NCBI GenBank assembly: GCA_040954595.2
Contig: JBECUI020000024.1
Span: 496,001-560,000 of the forward strand
Source: Balanoglossus misakiensis
Taxonomy: Eukaryota; Animalia; Hemichordata
DNA length: 64,000 nt
Direction: 5' to 3'
The translations under genes and the position numbers were made by a program. The notes beneath the pieces were generated by a model. That model was not told where the DNA came from. It saw nothing but the letters and a program-made list of their open reading frames with translations, and searched no databases. How positions within the stretch are numbered: the stretch's first letter is position 1; every line of letters begins with the position of its first letter. Shown here piece by piece: positions 1 through 13,000 of the stretch.

Positions 1-1760
1 AAGGTTATATCTATGTTTGGTGTTGATATAGTGTTAAGTAGGTCAAAGGTCACCCAGAGGTCACCCACAATTTGGGCAGAAAATTTTGACCCAAAGTGGT
101 CCATGTCTAACAAAACCCAGACCTCTAGCCCTTTTGGTTAGTCCGGAATTAGGTATGCACATAAATAATGCATAAAGCAGGTGTCACAGGTGACCCAAAA
201 CTTTGGCTTTTCATTATGGCCCCCATACCTCCAAATGCCAAGGCTGTACCTGCTTTGGATGCCGATATATGCAAAAGTAGGTCAAAGGTCATCCGAGGTC
301 ACCCAACATTTGGGCAAAAAAATTTGACCCAATACTGGTTCATGTCCAACAAAAACCAAACCTCTAGGTCTATTGGTTCATCTGTATTTAGGTATGCGCA
401 TATTTAATGAGGTCCGCAGAGGTCAAAGGGGTCATGAAAAGTAGCGAAATTTTTTGATCGCATACAAATCCACATACATCAAAAACCAAACTTATAGCCC
501 TATTGGTTAGCCTGGAATTAGATATGCAGAAAAATGATGCGTCAAAAGTAGGTCAAAGGTCATTGCCAAAATGACCAAAATATTTATAGCTTATTCTTGG
601 CATATGATGATTCATATCCATAAAAAGAATTTCTGTGCTATCAAATTTTAGGCTAGAAAGGGAATTTTTACTTTTTAATCGTTTTTCACAAAATCCAATA
701 TGGCCGCCATAATCTTCGACCAATCACATTTACCTTCCCAAACTTGATAGACATCTGTTTAATGACCACACACACCAAATCTTGTGACTCAGTTATCGCC
801 GGTTCTTGAGAAGAAGATTTTTGAAATTTTACTAGGGTTTTTCGAAAATCCAATATGGCCGCCAAAATCTTCGACCAATCACAATGATCTTCGCAAACTT
901 GATAGACCTCAGTTTGGTGACCACATACCCCAAACCGCGTGACTCGGTTATCGCTGGTTCTGGAGAAGAAGATTTTTGAAATTTTTACCAGATTTCAGAA
1001 AAACAACTGTAGCAAAAAAACTGCAACATTGACAGCATAATTTCCAATTACAAAAATGTTTGCCAAAAGGTAGTCTACCTGCACGCCAAATTTGAAGTCG
1101 ATCTGACTTGTAGTTTCTGAGATCTGAGATTTGCATTTTTTCAGAAAATCCAATATGGCCGCCATGTCGCGGTCAAAGGTCATTGCCAAAATTACCAAAA
1201 TATTTGGGGTAGGTCCTGGCAGGGGTGATACCAATGTGCACAAAAATCAGAACTCTGGTACATTTAGAACAGGTAGAATGAGCTATATATGCATCCCTAT
1301 AGGTTAGCCTGGAAATAGATATGCAGAAATAATAATGTGTGAAAAGTAGGTCAAAGGTCAAGTGAAAAATCGCCAAAAATTTGTAACATATTTTAGTCAT
1401 ATGATGATTGATATCCATAAAAATAATTTGCATGCTATCAATGTATAGACTAGAAAAAGGAATTTCAATTTTTCACTGCTTTTTACAAAATCCAATATGG
1501 CCGCCATATTTTTCGACCAATCACAATGCTCTTTGCAAACCTGATAGACATCAGTGTAATGACCATACTCCCCGAATCTTGCGACTCAGTTATCGCCAGT
1601 TCTGGAGAAGATTGTTGGAGTTTTACTATGGTTTTTCGAAAATCCAATATGGCCGCCATAATCTTCGACCAATCACAATGGTCTTGGCAAACTTAGTAAA
1701 AATTGTGGCAAAAAAACTGGAACATGGACAGCATAATGTCCAATTACAAAAATGATGGGC
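1..1760. repeat. Diverged tandem-structured interspersed repeat (internal part of a non-autonomous DNA/Helentron-like element) rich in AGGTCAAAGGTCA and AAAATCCAATATGGCCGCC motifs
   Basis: AGGTCAAAGGTCA-type motifs at about 40, 279, 550, 1171 and 1348. AAAATCCAATATGGCCGCC at about 690, 846, 1145, 1487 and 1638, with about 150-160 bp spacing within pairs. The same family recurs at 17980-18190, 18720-19000 and the mirrored copies at 34-35 kb. Confidence 0.7.
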
Positions 1761-3088
1761 AGAAGGTAGACTACAAACTATTATGATTACACACTAATCC
1801 ACATGCATCATTACACATGCAGTAGTTGAGGGCGAAATACAAAGTTAGAATGGACACATTATGTGATTGGTTAATTAGTCACAAGTGATGTGTGGATTGG
1901 TTGTAAATAGTTGAAAATTTTCATCTGAATCAGTGAAAGTTTTGACAGAGGTATTTGTTTGGCTATAAACATATCTTTATTTAAGTGAACAGATCTGTAT
2001 ATTACATTCATTAACTGTGAAGAGGATGTAGTATAGATATACCAATATATTGAGCTGTATAAACGGAGTGTTAACCCAACACGTCTATGGGGTATGAATC
2101 TGAAAGCAACTTCATCCTACGCACTTGAATCCGAAAACGAATCTGACTCCAGCAGAGGCGTTGACCTGAATCCGGTGAGTAACACGTATACAATTACATG
2201 CAGTTTTTAAATGTGGTACGAATGAGAGAATCGGTGGTTTGAACGTATAATACTTGGTGATGTTGGTTATGAAGTTGTTGTTTAACCAATGGTAGTGTGA
2301 TTTTGTTTGTTTGTGAGACGATGGCAGTTTTGTAAGATGTTTTGTATTTTCGTCTCGAGCGAATTCCAATATGGCGGCTATCGTAACGTGTCGAGATTGC
2401 TTACTGTATGTAAAGAATCCATGGTACCGTAAGCATGCATGTTTTGGCAAATGTTATATATGTTGAGATGGTGGAGTTTGCTGGATTAAATAGAACAATT
2501 AGAGGCTGAGTAAATCAGAGTTTCTAGTGCGTTCCATTCAAGTTGAAATTACGAGATAAGCTTCTTTTTGCAGTCAATGTACAAATGATTATTTAGACTG
2601 GAAAGGGTTTAAGCAAGCGAATCTCTTGAGCGGAAGTGTAGAATTCGGGCGATCGGTGTGTCATGCGTATGTTACGTACAAGCGTTGGTAAAGTATTATT
2701 TCTGGGATGTGTATTTGTAAAAAAAATAAACTGTGTTATATTTATGGATTGGCTTTTCCAAATACGTAAATACTGCATTTATTTCTGTGAATATTGTATG
2801 TTTATGTGATCAAAAGCCCAGGGGTTATCATTGTAATTTTTATCAGTTAAATCGATTTGTTTTTTGATAATTGAAAGGAATTTTGCTTCAAATATTGAAC
2901 AATCTGTGTGAGTACAAAACAGAAACATTGCTGGATTATTTGTTGTTTAGTTGTAGTGAATCAACGTTGACAGCACACAACTTCCATTCCGTTTGTAAGA
3001 AATGAATCTGCAAGTGGGTTTAGTTCTTGTCTAATACAAATGGTTCGTCAGGTAGAATAATGTGATGTGATTTTATTCTTGTGTCTAG

Positions 3089-3217
3089 ATAAATGTGAAG
3101 GGTTCTGCTCAAACAATGCTGTTTGCATCAAGGACAGTGATGGCAATCCTGTTTGTGAATGTACTGATGAATATCAAGGTGAAACTTGCCGCCAGAGAAT
3201 ACCAATGCAAGTTAAAG
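3089..3217 (+). CDS. EGF-like domain exon of a single-pass membrane protein
   Basis: tctAG acceptor, phase-1/phase-1 exon reading DKCEGFCSNNAVCIKDSDGNPVCECTDEYQGETCRQ (6-Cys EGF spacing), donor AG|GTGTGT. Upstream exons are not visible in the window. Confidence 0.85.
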
Positions 3218-3484
3218 GTGTGTATACATTTCTTTGTTATTTAATAACTCAAGATTGAAAAACAATATTCACTAAAGTTTACACATTTGTTTGATCTACA
3301 TGATTACAGTTTACGTTGTCTTGAAAATATTTGTGAAAATGGTGAAACTGCAACATCTGCAGTATAACTAGATTTTTGGTCAACTAACCATTTTACAATA
3401 GTTAAGCATCATAATGAATGGTTGTCTTGCTTTTATCGTAGCATATCGCCCCCGTGACAAATAGAAATATTTAAACTCTTACAG

Positions 3485-3581
3485 ATTCCTCCGTTGACAC
3501 AGCTGTCATCATTGGTGGTGTTGCGGGAGGTTTAGCGGCTGTGTTAGTGCTTGGTGTAATAATGTTACTCATGTACCAACG
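3485..3581 (+). CDS. Transmembrane exon of the same gene
   Basis: ttacAG acceptor; reads DSSVDTAVIIGGVAGGLAAVLVLGVIMLLMYQR in phase with the EGF exon; donor CG|GTAAGT. Not in the ORF track. Confidence 0.88.
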
Positions 3582-3933
3582 GTAAGTTATTTAGTACTAC
3601 CAGAGTAGAATCGAGACAGCTGTAGAAATGTTGCCCATCAGAAAACTGGGAATTTACCTGTATCTTTCCATACATGCATGAGGCAACGTGAAAAATAATC
3701 ACATCTGTATCGTGGAAGCAAATTTATTCAAAGAGTTCATGCATAGACCTATTCGCGTATAGGGTAACTGCAGTGCATCATGGTATAATTTGCGTTCAAC
3801 ATGCATGGCGGCTAACAAGGCAAAGTCACGCGACCAGACCGCAAAGTGTCCAACAACCACCTGCGTTATTCTACAGTAGTAACAACATCACAACAAATCC
3901 CACATTGATGATGTTCAACTATTTGACATTTAG

Positions 3934-4198
3934 GTGTGCTCTTGGAGGAAAGAAACATCCAGGCTGGGAAGAACAAGAGGCAACTATGGATATCCATTGG
4001 TTTGATGATACAGATGATGTTGATAGCAAGGCAGGGAAAAGTGTGGAAGATGAGGAAGCCTTCAGAGAAATCTATCACTACAATCCCATGTATAGTGGCG
4101 ACAGTGGTAGTGCCAGTGGAAGTGAGGAATGGAGACCAAGGCCTCTTAAGAGTAGAAATGAACTATTTCATGAGAGTCACGGAGACAGATACTTCTAA
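3934..4198 (+). CDS. Terminal exon: acidic cytoplasmic tail with an NPxY motif (YNPMY)
   Basis: tttAG acceptor, phase 2 matching the preceding donor; RCALGGKKHPGWEEQ...YHYNPMYSG...DRYF* ends with TAA at 4198. Confidence 0.85.
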
Positions 4199-5837
4199 TG
4201 TGCCATCTCTGTGTGTACATGTATGGTATAATTCAAATGATAACTAGAATGGTTTTCATTTTGTGAGTTGACACAGTACTGTGATAAGCTTGGTATAATC
4301 CCATAAATGATAACAATAATAGTTATGCTTTGTCAGACGACAGTACTGTGATAAGCGCACATTAAATTGGTTGGAGTGAAACAGATCTTTATTATTACAC
4401 TCTTAGCAACATCTGAATGAAATGATCATAAATAATCATCTTTAAAGTATGTTGGTTATAAGGCTATATATTTTACATATTTTAAAGAATTTTCCTTAAA
4501 AATTTGTTATGACTTATTATAAGGTATTGTGTAATGAAAAAGATATGATAATACGAGAATTCCTAAACAACAACATATTTTTGTTGAATTTGGAGGACAA
4601 ATTTTACAGTGTACCAATTCAGCTCTCCCTTTGCATGCTGACTTGCTTCTGTATTCATACAAGGCAGCATTTATCCTTAACTTGATCAGATAGAAGGTCT
4701 TTTCATCCAAATGCATAGATTATGAATTATTTCTCTCAATATATTCAGTGACTACCTCCCGATGATATATATCCTCCTGAATTAGTGCTTCAAATTTTGA
4801 TATTTTTCTTGATATTTTTCTTTAATTTGACTTCAACCGTCACCATTCTCCAAGACTGTAAAAGAAGGGAGATGATGATTAACTATTATCAATTTTTTTG
4901 CCCCTTGTACTGTCTTTACAACTGGCCGTATAAATCTGATATTTGTTTGGCATGCGAATTTTGGAATATGGATGTGTATGATCACAATTATAAGATCCTC
5001 AAAATAAAAGATCCTATCATTTCATTTGGTTAATAACCAGTTCATAGGTGAATGGAAATATAGTTACTCACTTTGAGACCTGACATGTATATATAATAAT
5101 TCAAAGTATTTATTCGCATATTTTTATATTATTCATGGTGTTATAGATCAATGGAAATTTTTCAAATTAAATTCATGTATATAAAATGTAACAATGTAAT
5201 GTCATATGTGAAACCCTTAATCTTGATATTGTAATTCATTGTAGAATATGATTATATTGTGTTATTCACTCAACTTGTGCATGTATGTTTAAGATTCATG
5301 CAAAATTACTTTTTTATACAAACTGTTCCTTTTTGTGTTGTTCGGAGGTGACAACTCATCAACAATGAAATAAGTTTGGGAAATTTTTGAACAAAGTCAT
5401 GAAGTGGAAGTACTATAAATAAGTTTAATATCTGTTTGAGTTGTCCTGCCATAAGTCAACATTTTTAGCTTATACAAATACTGGTGCAACTACAGAACAG
5501 TTGAAGAATTTCATCATTATATTTATGTTTTAATTACAAGTATATCAATTGTACCTTTTCCTTATATTAAAAGCATATTTTTATTATAATATTTAACTGA
5601 GTTCTTTGTCTACTTTTTTAAACTGACAATTTGTCAGTCATTACCATAACCCTGGAGTGTATTTCACTGTGTCCAGAGATTCTTCTGTAGTTGTTATAAT
5701 AAGACATCAAACCAGGTCCAATAATCAATATTACTCAAGCTAAGCTAATTACCAGGTCCAGGTTCAAAAAAGAAATAAGAGAAAAACTTACAATTTCAAC
5801 AGGATCATCTTGAACCACTGCTAAGTGGTAGTACTCG

Positions 5838-6278
5838 CACAGGGGGGCTGCAAACATGAAAGTTATAAAAGGCGGAGTTCCTGCATTTTCCCCCAATAAA
5901 CATTAATTGATGAACAGTCTTTGTGCTTGTTTATTTTTCTGTGTTACCTCCACCTGTCTTAGCAGTTGCTAATCCAGAATACAAACTATTGCATTTCCCA
6001 TTAAGCACCTGCTAACGACTTAATCTGTGTGCCCCATCCACGGATTTAGTGGATTAAGTAAACATCGGTCAGTTCTCACTTGGTAAGAGAATACCCAGTA
6101 CTCGCTGACCGATGTTTACTTTATTAACTTAATCCATGGATGGGGCACACAGATTAAGTCGTTAGCAATGGGAAATGGATAGCTTTTATTCTGGATTAGC
6201 AAATGATAAGACAGGTTGGGAAAACGCAGAATGGAACGTACTTCGCCATTTATAACTTTCATGTTTGCAGCCCCTGTG
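5838..6278. mobile_element. Fold-back MITE, possibly P-superfamily (CACAG termini, 7-bp TSD-like flanks)
   Basis: CACAGGGGGGCTGCAAACATGAAAGTTATAAA at the left end matches the reverse complement of TTTATAACTTTCATGTTTGCAGCCCCTGTG at the right end. Inversion symmetry continues to a centre near 6090. Flanks are GTACTCG and GTACTAG (1 mismatch). Confidence 0.8.
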
Positions 6279-6914
6279 GTACTAGGTGTCGGAAATGGGT
6301 AAGCACACCCTTCCAGCATGCTACACCCGTTAAGACTGACCCAAAGAGACATATTTAAGTTGAATTTGACTTAACTAACAAATTACTGTTGCAAGTCAAA
6401 TCCATATTTTGACTTTATCTCTGACTGAGCGCAGCGTTGTCTGAGAGACACTCCACGTCTTCCTCTTCACAAGCAGCCCACTTCAAGTTTCAGCAACATC
6501 CATAATAGTCCTAAAGTTGAGGTGCCAGTTAAAATTAGGTTTTTGGACCAAACTGGAATAGCTGCCGAAGTTTGGTATTTCAAATGATTGTCAGGTCACC
6601 TGTTTATTATATGACTGTGAGGTTTCTAACAAAAGGGAGATGACATACAATCACAAGTGTAAATCCAATATTGAACATTACTTAAAGGGACAAATTGTTC
6701 AAATCCTCTTTTGAGCTTATTTGGTCAATTTTGTTTGATATGAAATGTGCCTATTATGCTGTTTGACTTCTTTAAACATGCTTAAATACTGGCCAATAAA
6801 TAACTCCACTATGTTTGAAATTAAACCAGATAGTACAATAATACATTCCAAATGTCATCTGTGATAACATCATGCTTTGGACTTTTTTACTTTATATATT
6901 ACATAACATGTTAC

Positions 6915-7157
6915 GGAGGGGGGAGAGAGGTGAGAAAAGGAATGTGAGAAAGGAGAAGAAAAGCAAGAGGGCGGAAATGAGAATGTCAGGATGGAAAGGG
7001 AATGAGGAGAGGACTTTGACAGAAGGGGAGGGGAGAGACCGAATAAGTGAAGGTGAGAGAGGAAGTGGTTAGACAGGAAGAAAGGGAAATTAAAGCTCAA
7101 TCACCACCACCACCACCACCACCACAATCATCATCATCACCATCATTGCCATCATCA
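6915..7157. repeat. Polypurine GA-rich tract followed by (CAC)n-(CAT)n microsatellite
   Basis: Directly visible low-complexity sequence. Confidence 0.85.
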
Positions 7158-8904
7158 TTCTGGAGGCATCGTGGCCTGTATTGGCCCATGGGCATCATGG
7201 GCCAAAAAAACTGATTCAGTGTAAATGTGCATAAACCACACTTTTGTACGAACTCCTGTAACCGGTGACGCAAGTCGTGAGTGGATTTGTGGGCGTGTCG
7301 CGACCTTTTCTGTGAACGTGATGCAGAGTGATATATTGATGACCCCCAGCCACCCCCACACCCTTTGGTAACACACTTCTTAAACTTTCTTTACATAGAA
7401 TGGACTTCTCAAACCTTCCTTACCAAAGTTCTGATTAAAGATATCTATCTTCTAGGGTACTACCAACAGCGTTTCACGTGACTGTAGACAAGCATCAAGT
7501 ACCTGTACACAGACAAGGGCGTGCGCGCGTCCACAATAATTTAAAACGAATGTTTCCACCGCCGTGTGTTTTATGCACATAAACACTGAATCAGCTTTAA
7601 TATTGTCCCATGATGCCCCGTGAGTTGTCAGGGTACCAAACTGACAATGCTGGAGAAAAAATGAAGTGTTGACATGCATGTTGTTGAGGGGTTTCACAAT
7701 GCATGTTACGGACGCTGGTTTCTCTTAGCAATAGAGTAGAGGCGTAAGGATGGGTTGATCTTGTGATTAAGAATTTTGGCAAAGAAACAGAAATTGTGTC
7801 ATTTAGTTTTGTATTAAACCCTATTCGCGTATTTTGTGTTAAAGCACGAAATACTGCAATAATGAGATACGGTAGTATTTAACACATATAATATATGATA
7901 TAATATAGCTTTATCAATACCAGTGAATTTTGTGACGTCATTGCTGTACATTTTTTTATCTTTTATTTAAAACGCACAATGTTACATCAACAAATCAAAA
8001 GAAGAAACGAACTGAAAACTCACATCATAGCTTCAAAATTTATTACACTTTCTGGATGGTTGCATGATTCCTAAGGTTTGTATACCTTCAACCTCAATGT
8101 CACGCGGGAGGATTGGTGTTGGGAATGTAACGGGGAATTAAACTCTATCGATGGGGATAACTCGCTTGGCTAATACTGAGAGGTACCTATATGGAATCGT
8201 GCTGACGTCCAGATACATCGACACGAACACTGGGTATTTATGGTAGCAACTGAGAATATAAGAATTTAATGAAATAAACCTACTCGACCACTTGCGTTCT
8301 GAGGACAAGAAGGACACAAATAGTCCGCCATCCAAAAGACCGTTCCAGCATTTTATTTTTACCCGCCAAAAGACGCGGAGATATATTTTTAGATGAATGA
8401 TCCATGCATACTCTGATTGCATAGTACTTGTCTTCCTTGTGTTCCTTAAAACAATGAATGTATTGTATTTTCTTTTCTTTTCATCAGGAATGCGATAACT
8501 TTCTTAACACTTCAAAAGTTTCTTTACTCTTCAATCACTTCTGTCTCAACTTTTAAGTTTAACTTTTACTTCCAAATCTCAGGTCACAAACTCTATAGAC
8601 TGCTAAACAATTTTCTTCCTAGTGTTGTATGCGCCACTTGTGAATTTTTGCGAGTGAGATTCACGGGCGTTTGAGCACAATTTATACAAAATATGTTTAT
8701 CGCCATTAGAAAAACGTTCGCGTAGAATCAATGACGTCATGGTAAATTTTAGCTGCATGCTCCAATAGGGATGATAGGGAGACTACTTGTTGTAGAGCAC
8801 CTGAAAATATACGTATTTCGTCACTTCCTTTATGCGAAATTTAATTCTTAACGGCATCTTAGTTTTAAGATTTGTGATTCCTTTTTTCTTCAGTTGTACA
8901 TTTG

Positions 8905-9200
8905 CATCACAGGATACTTCTTTGTAGACTATCGAACCTTGGCATCTCAGACACAGTACTAACATGGTTTACATCTTACCTTCAATATAGATATCAAACT
9001 GTAATCATCGAAAACACTGCAAGTTCACAGTCACCTCTCGTATATGGGGTGCCACTGCCCCTCTGTTGTTCACCATTTATATAGCCCCACTTTATAGTAA
9101 ACCGATTCGTCCCCACATCCTACAATTTCATCAGTACGCGGATGATAACCAGCGATACCTCGCCTTTTCCCATCAAGATTCAACCTCTGACGTTCCTGTC
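8905..9200 (+). pseudogene. CR1/L2-type LINE reverse-transcriptase fragment
   Basis: HRILLCRLSNLGISDTVLTWFTSYLQYRYQTV...YGVP, then after a deletion/frameshift PLLFTIY...FHQYADD (RT catalytic YADD near 9135). Confidence 0.85.
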
Positions 9201-10082
9201 TTCTAAGGATTGTTGAACTTTAATTCATGCAGTTTGTTGTTACGGCCGGTCGTCCTCCGGACGTTTACCTCATCGGCTTCTGTGGGGAATCAGCCACGTC
9301 CGAAAGCTGACGGCGTACATTCTCTCCATCTCCTTCTCCACCCAACATATTCATAAAGTCCGAGAGAGGTACCCGGCAGATCGTAAACCTTTCGTAGACA
9401 GAGACTTGCAAGAAGTTTTCCGAGTAACACAAAGTTCTGGTTTATTACTGGTCACACGTAAGAATTACACGACTCGATCCATGCTCGTTGACTCCCATCA
9501 CGGATCTCCGGTGATAAATGTGTGATCTCAAATTTCACCACACCTTATTAATACGTTAGTCAAGTATTAAGTCATAAAAGGAACACGTCATCTTGATATT
9601 TCTTAAACATGAACTTAGCGCGTGATATCTCTATCTCGTTCTGACATGTATCAATTACACAATCTTGTTTACTCTGGGTCAAGTACCAATGTCAATACTG
9701 GACTAAAACCATATAAGTGAATGACTTCTTACGTAATCATAAACAAGATCTATGATCGTTAAAACTCAATCGTGACACTTGTATTACCGCTGGTTTCTCA
9801 TGATTGTTCATGCATCGGGGAATCTGTAGCGATGAGGTAACGGGCTCTGACGAGAACCGTGATCCACGGAGAAACGTATCTGATTTACGTTCATTTATTG
9901 TCCGGAATTATTATAGTACATCAAATACGCCCAGTAAAGTACATGAGGAAGGGAACGAGCTCAGTAGCCTGAGGTACTCCCATCTCCCGTTAGATTATTC
10001 TCCCCTAACTTTGGAAACAAAGTTCTCTTATAATTACTTTTCTCAAGGCGTGGTTAACCATGTAAAATATCACAAATACATG

Positions 10083-13000
10083 TAGTGGCCAGTGTCGTGC
10101 CCATTAATTTTGAGTGTTTGGTGGGGTCAACCTTTGCGTCAACATTGATTAACCAGGCCATGCAGAGCTAGTGGCCAGTGTCGTGCCCATTAATTTTGAG
10201 TGTTTGGTGGGGTCAACCTTTGCGTCAACATTGATTAACCAGGCCATGCAGAGCTAGTGGCCAGTGTCGTGCCCATTAATTTTGAGTGTTTGGTGGGGTC
10301 AACCTTTGCGTCAACATTGATTAACCAGGCCATGCAGAGCTAGTGGCCAGTGTCGTGCCCATTAATTTTGAGTGTTTGGTGGGGTCAACCTTTGCGTCAA
10401 CATTGATTAACCATGCCATGCAGAGCTAGTAGCCAGTGTCGTGCCCATTAATTTTGAGTGTTTGGTGGGGTCAACCTTTGCGTCAACATTGATTAACCAG
10501 GCCATGCAGAGCTAGTGGCCAGTGTCGTGCCCATTAATTTTGAGTGTTTGGTGGGGTCAACCTTTGCGTCAACATTGATTAACCAGGCCATGCAGAGCTA
10601 GTGGCCAGTGTCGTGCCCATTAATTTTGAGTGTTTGGTGGGGTCAACCCTTGCGTCAACCTTGATTAGCCAGGCCAGAGCTTAGTGGCCAGTGTCGCGCC
10701 CATTAATTTTGAGTGTTTGGTGGGGTCAACCCTTGCGTCAACCTGGATTAGCCAGGCCAGAGCTAGTGGCCAGTGTCGTGCCCATCAATTTTGAGTGTTT
10801 GGTGGGGTCAACCCTTGCGTCAACGTTGATTAGCTAGGCCAGAGCTAGTGGCCAGTGTCGTGCCCATCAATTTTGAGTGTTTGGTGGGGTCAACCCTTGC
10901 GTCAACCTTGATTAGCCAGGCCAGAGCTAGTGGCCAGTGTCGTGCCCATCAATTATGAGTGTTTGGTGGGGTCAACCCTTGCGTCAACCTTGATTAGCCA
11001 GGCCAGAGCTTAGTGGCCAGTGTCGTGCCCATCAATTTTGAGTGTTTGGTGGGGTCAACCCTTGCGTCAACATTGATTAGCCAGGCCAGAGCTAGTGGCC
11101 AGTGTCGTGCCCATCAATTATGAGTGTTTGGTGGGGTCAACCCTTGCGTCAACATTGATTAGCCAGGCCAGAGCTTAGTGGCCAGTGTTGCGCCCATTAA
11201 TTTTGAGTGTTTGGTGGGGTCAACCCTTGCGTCAACCTTGATTAGCCAGGCCAGAGCTAGTGGCCAGTGTCGTGCCCATCAATTTTGAGTGTTTGGTGGG
11301 GTCAACCTTTGCGTCAACCTTGATTAGCCAGGCCAGAGCTAGTGGCCAGTGTCGTGCCCATCAATTTTGAGTGTTTGGTGGGGTCAACCCTTGCATCAAC
11401 ATTGATTAGCCAGGCCAGAGCGAGTGGCCAGTGTCGCGCCCATTAATTTTGAGTGTTTGGTGGGGTCAACCTTTGCGTCAACCTTGATTAGCCAGGCCAT
11501 GCAGAGCTAGGGGCCAGTGGCGTGCCCATCAATTTTGAGTGTTTGGTGGGGTCAACCTTTACGTCAACCTTGATTAGCCAGGCCATGCAGAGCTAGTGGC
11601 CAGTGTCGTGCCCATCAATTTTGAGTGTTTGGTGGGGTCAACCTTTGCGTCAACCTTGATTAGCCAGGCCATGCAGAGCTAGTGGCCAGTGTCGTGCCCA
11701 TCAATTTTGAGTGTTTGGTGGGGTCAACCTTTGCGTCAACCTTGATTAGCCAGGCCATGCAGAGCTAGTGGCCAGTGTCGTGCCCATCAATTTTGAGTGT
11801 TTGGTGGGGTCAACCTTTGCGTCAACCTTGATTAACCAGGCCATGCAGAGCTAGTGACCAGTGTCGTGCCCATCAATTTTGAGTGTTTGGAGGGGTCAAC
11901 CTTTGCGTCAACCTTGATTAACCAGGCCATGCAGAGCTAGTGGCCAGTGTCGTGCCCATCAATTTTGAGTGTTTGGTGGGGTCAACCTTTGCGTCAACAT
12001 TGATTAACCAGGCCATGCAGAGCTAGTGGCCAGTGTCGTGCCCATCAATTTTGAGTGTTTGGTTGGGTCAACCTTTGCGTCAACATTGATTAACCAGGCC
12101 ATGCAGAGCTACATTGTAGTGGCCAGTGTCGTGCCCATCAATTTTGAGTGTTTGGTGGGGTCAACCTTTGCGTCAACATTGATTAACCAGGCCATGCAGA
12201 GCTAGTGGCCAGTGTCGTGCCCATCAATTTTGAGTGTTTGGTGGGGTCAACCTTTGCGTCAACATTGATTAACCAGGCCAGAGCTAGTGGCCAGTGTCGT
12301 GCCCATCAATTATGAGTGTTTGGTGGGGTCAACCCTTGCGTCAACCTTGATTAGCCAGGCCAGAGCTTAGTGGCCAGTGTCGTGCCCATCAATTTTGAGT
12401 GTTTGGTGGGGTCAACCCTTGCGTCAACATTGATTAGCCAGGCCAGAGCTAGTGGCCAGTGTCGTGCCCATCAATTATGAGTGTTTGGTGGGGTCAACCC
12501 TTGCGTCAACATTGATTAGCCAGGCCAGAGCTTAGTGGCCAGTGTTGCGCCCATTAATTTTGAGTGTTTGGTGGGGTCAACCCTTGCGTCAACCTTGATT
12601 AGCCAGGCCAGAGCTAGTGGCCAGTGTCGTGCCCATCAATTTTGAGTGTTTGGTGGGGTCAACCTTTGCGTCAACCTTGATTAGCCAGGCCAGAGCTAGT
12701 GGCCAGTGTCGTGCCCATCAATTTTGAGTGTTTGGTGGGGTCAACCCTTGCATCAACATTGATTAGCCAGGCCAGAGCGAGTGGCCAGTGTCGCGCCCAT
12801 TAATTTTGAGTGTTTGGTGGGGTCAACCTTTGCGTCAACCTTGATTAGCCAGGCCATGCAGAGCTAGGGGCCAGTGGCGTGCCCATCAATTTTGAGTGTT
12901 TGGTGGGGTCAACCTTTACGTCAACCTTGATTAGCCAGGCCATGCAGAGCTAGTGGCCAGTGTCGTGCCCATCAATTTTGAGTGTTTGGTGGGGTCAACC

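Noticed and set aside
9238-10074. Solo LTR on the minus strand (TGTGATATT...CGTAACA with AATAAA)
   Set aside because: No target-site duplication and no second copy or internal domain in the window.
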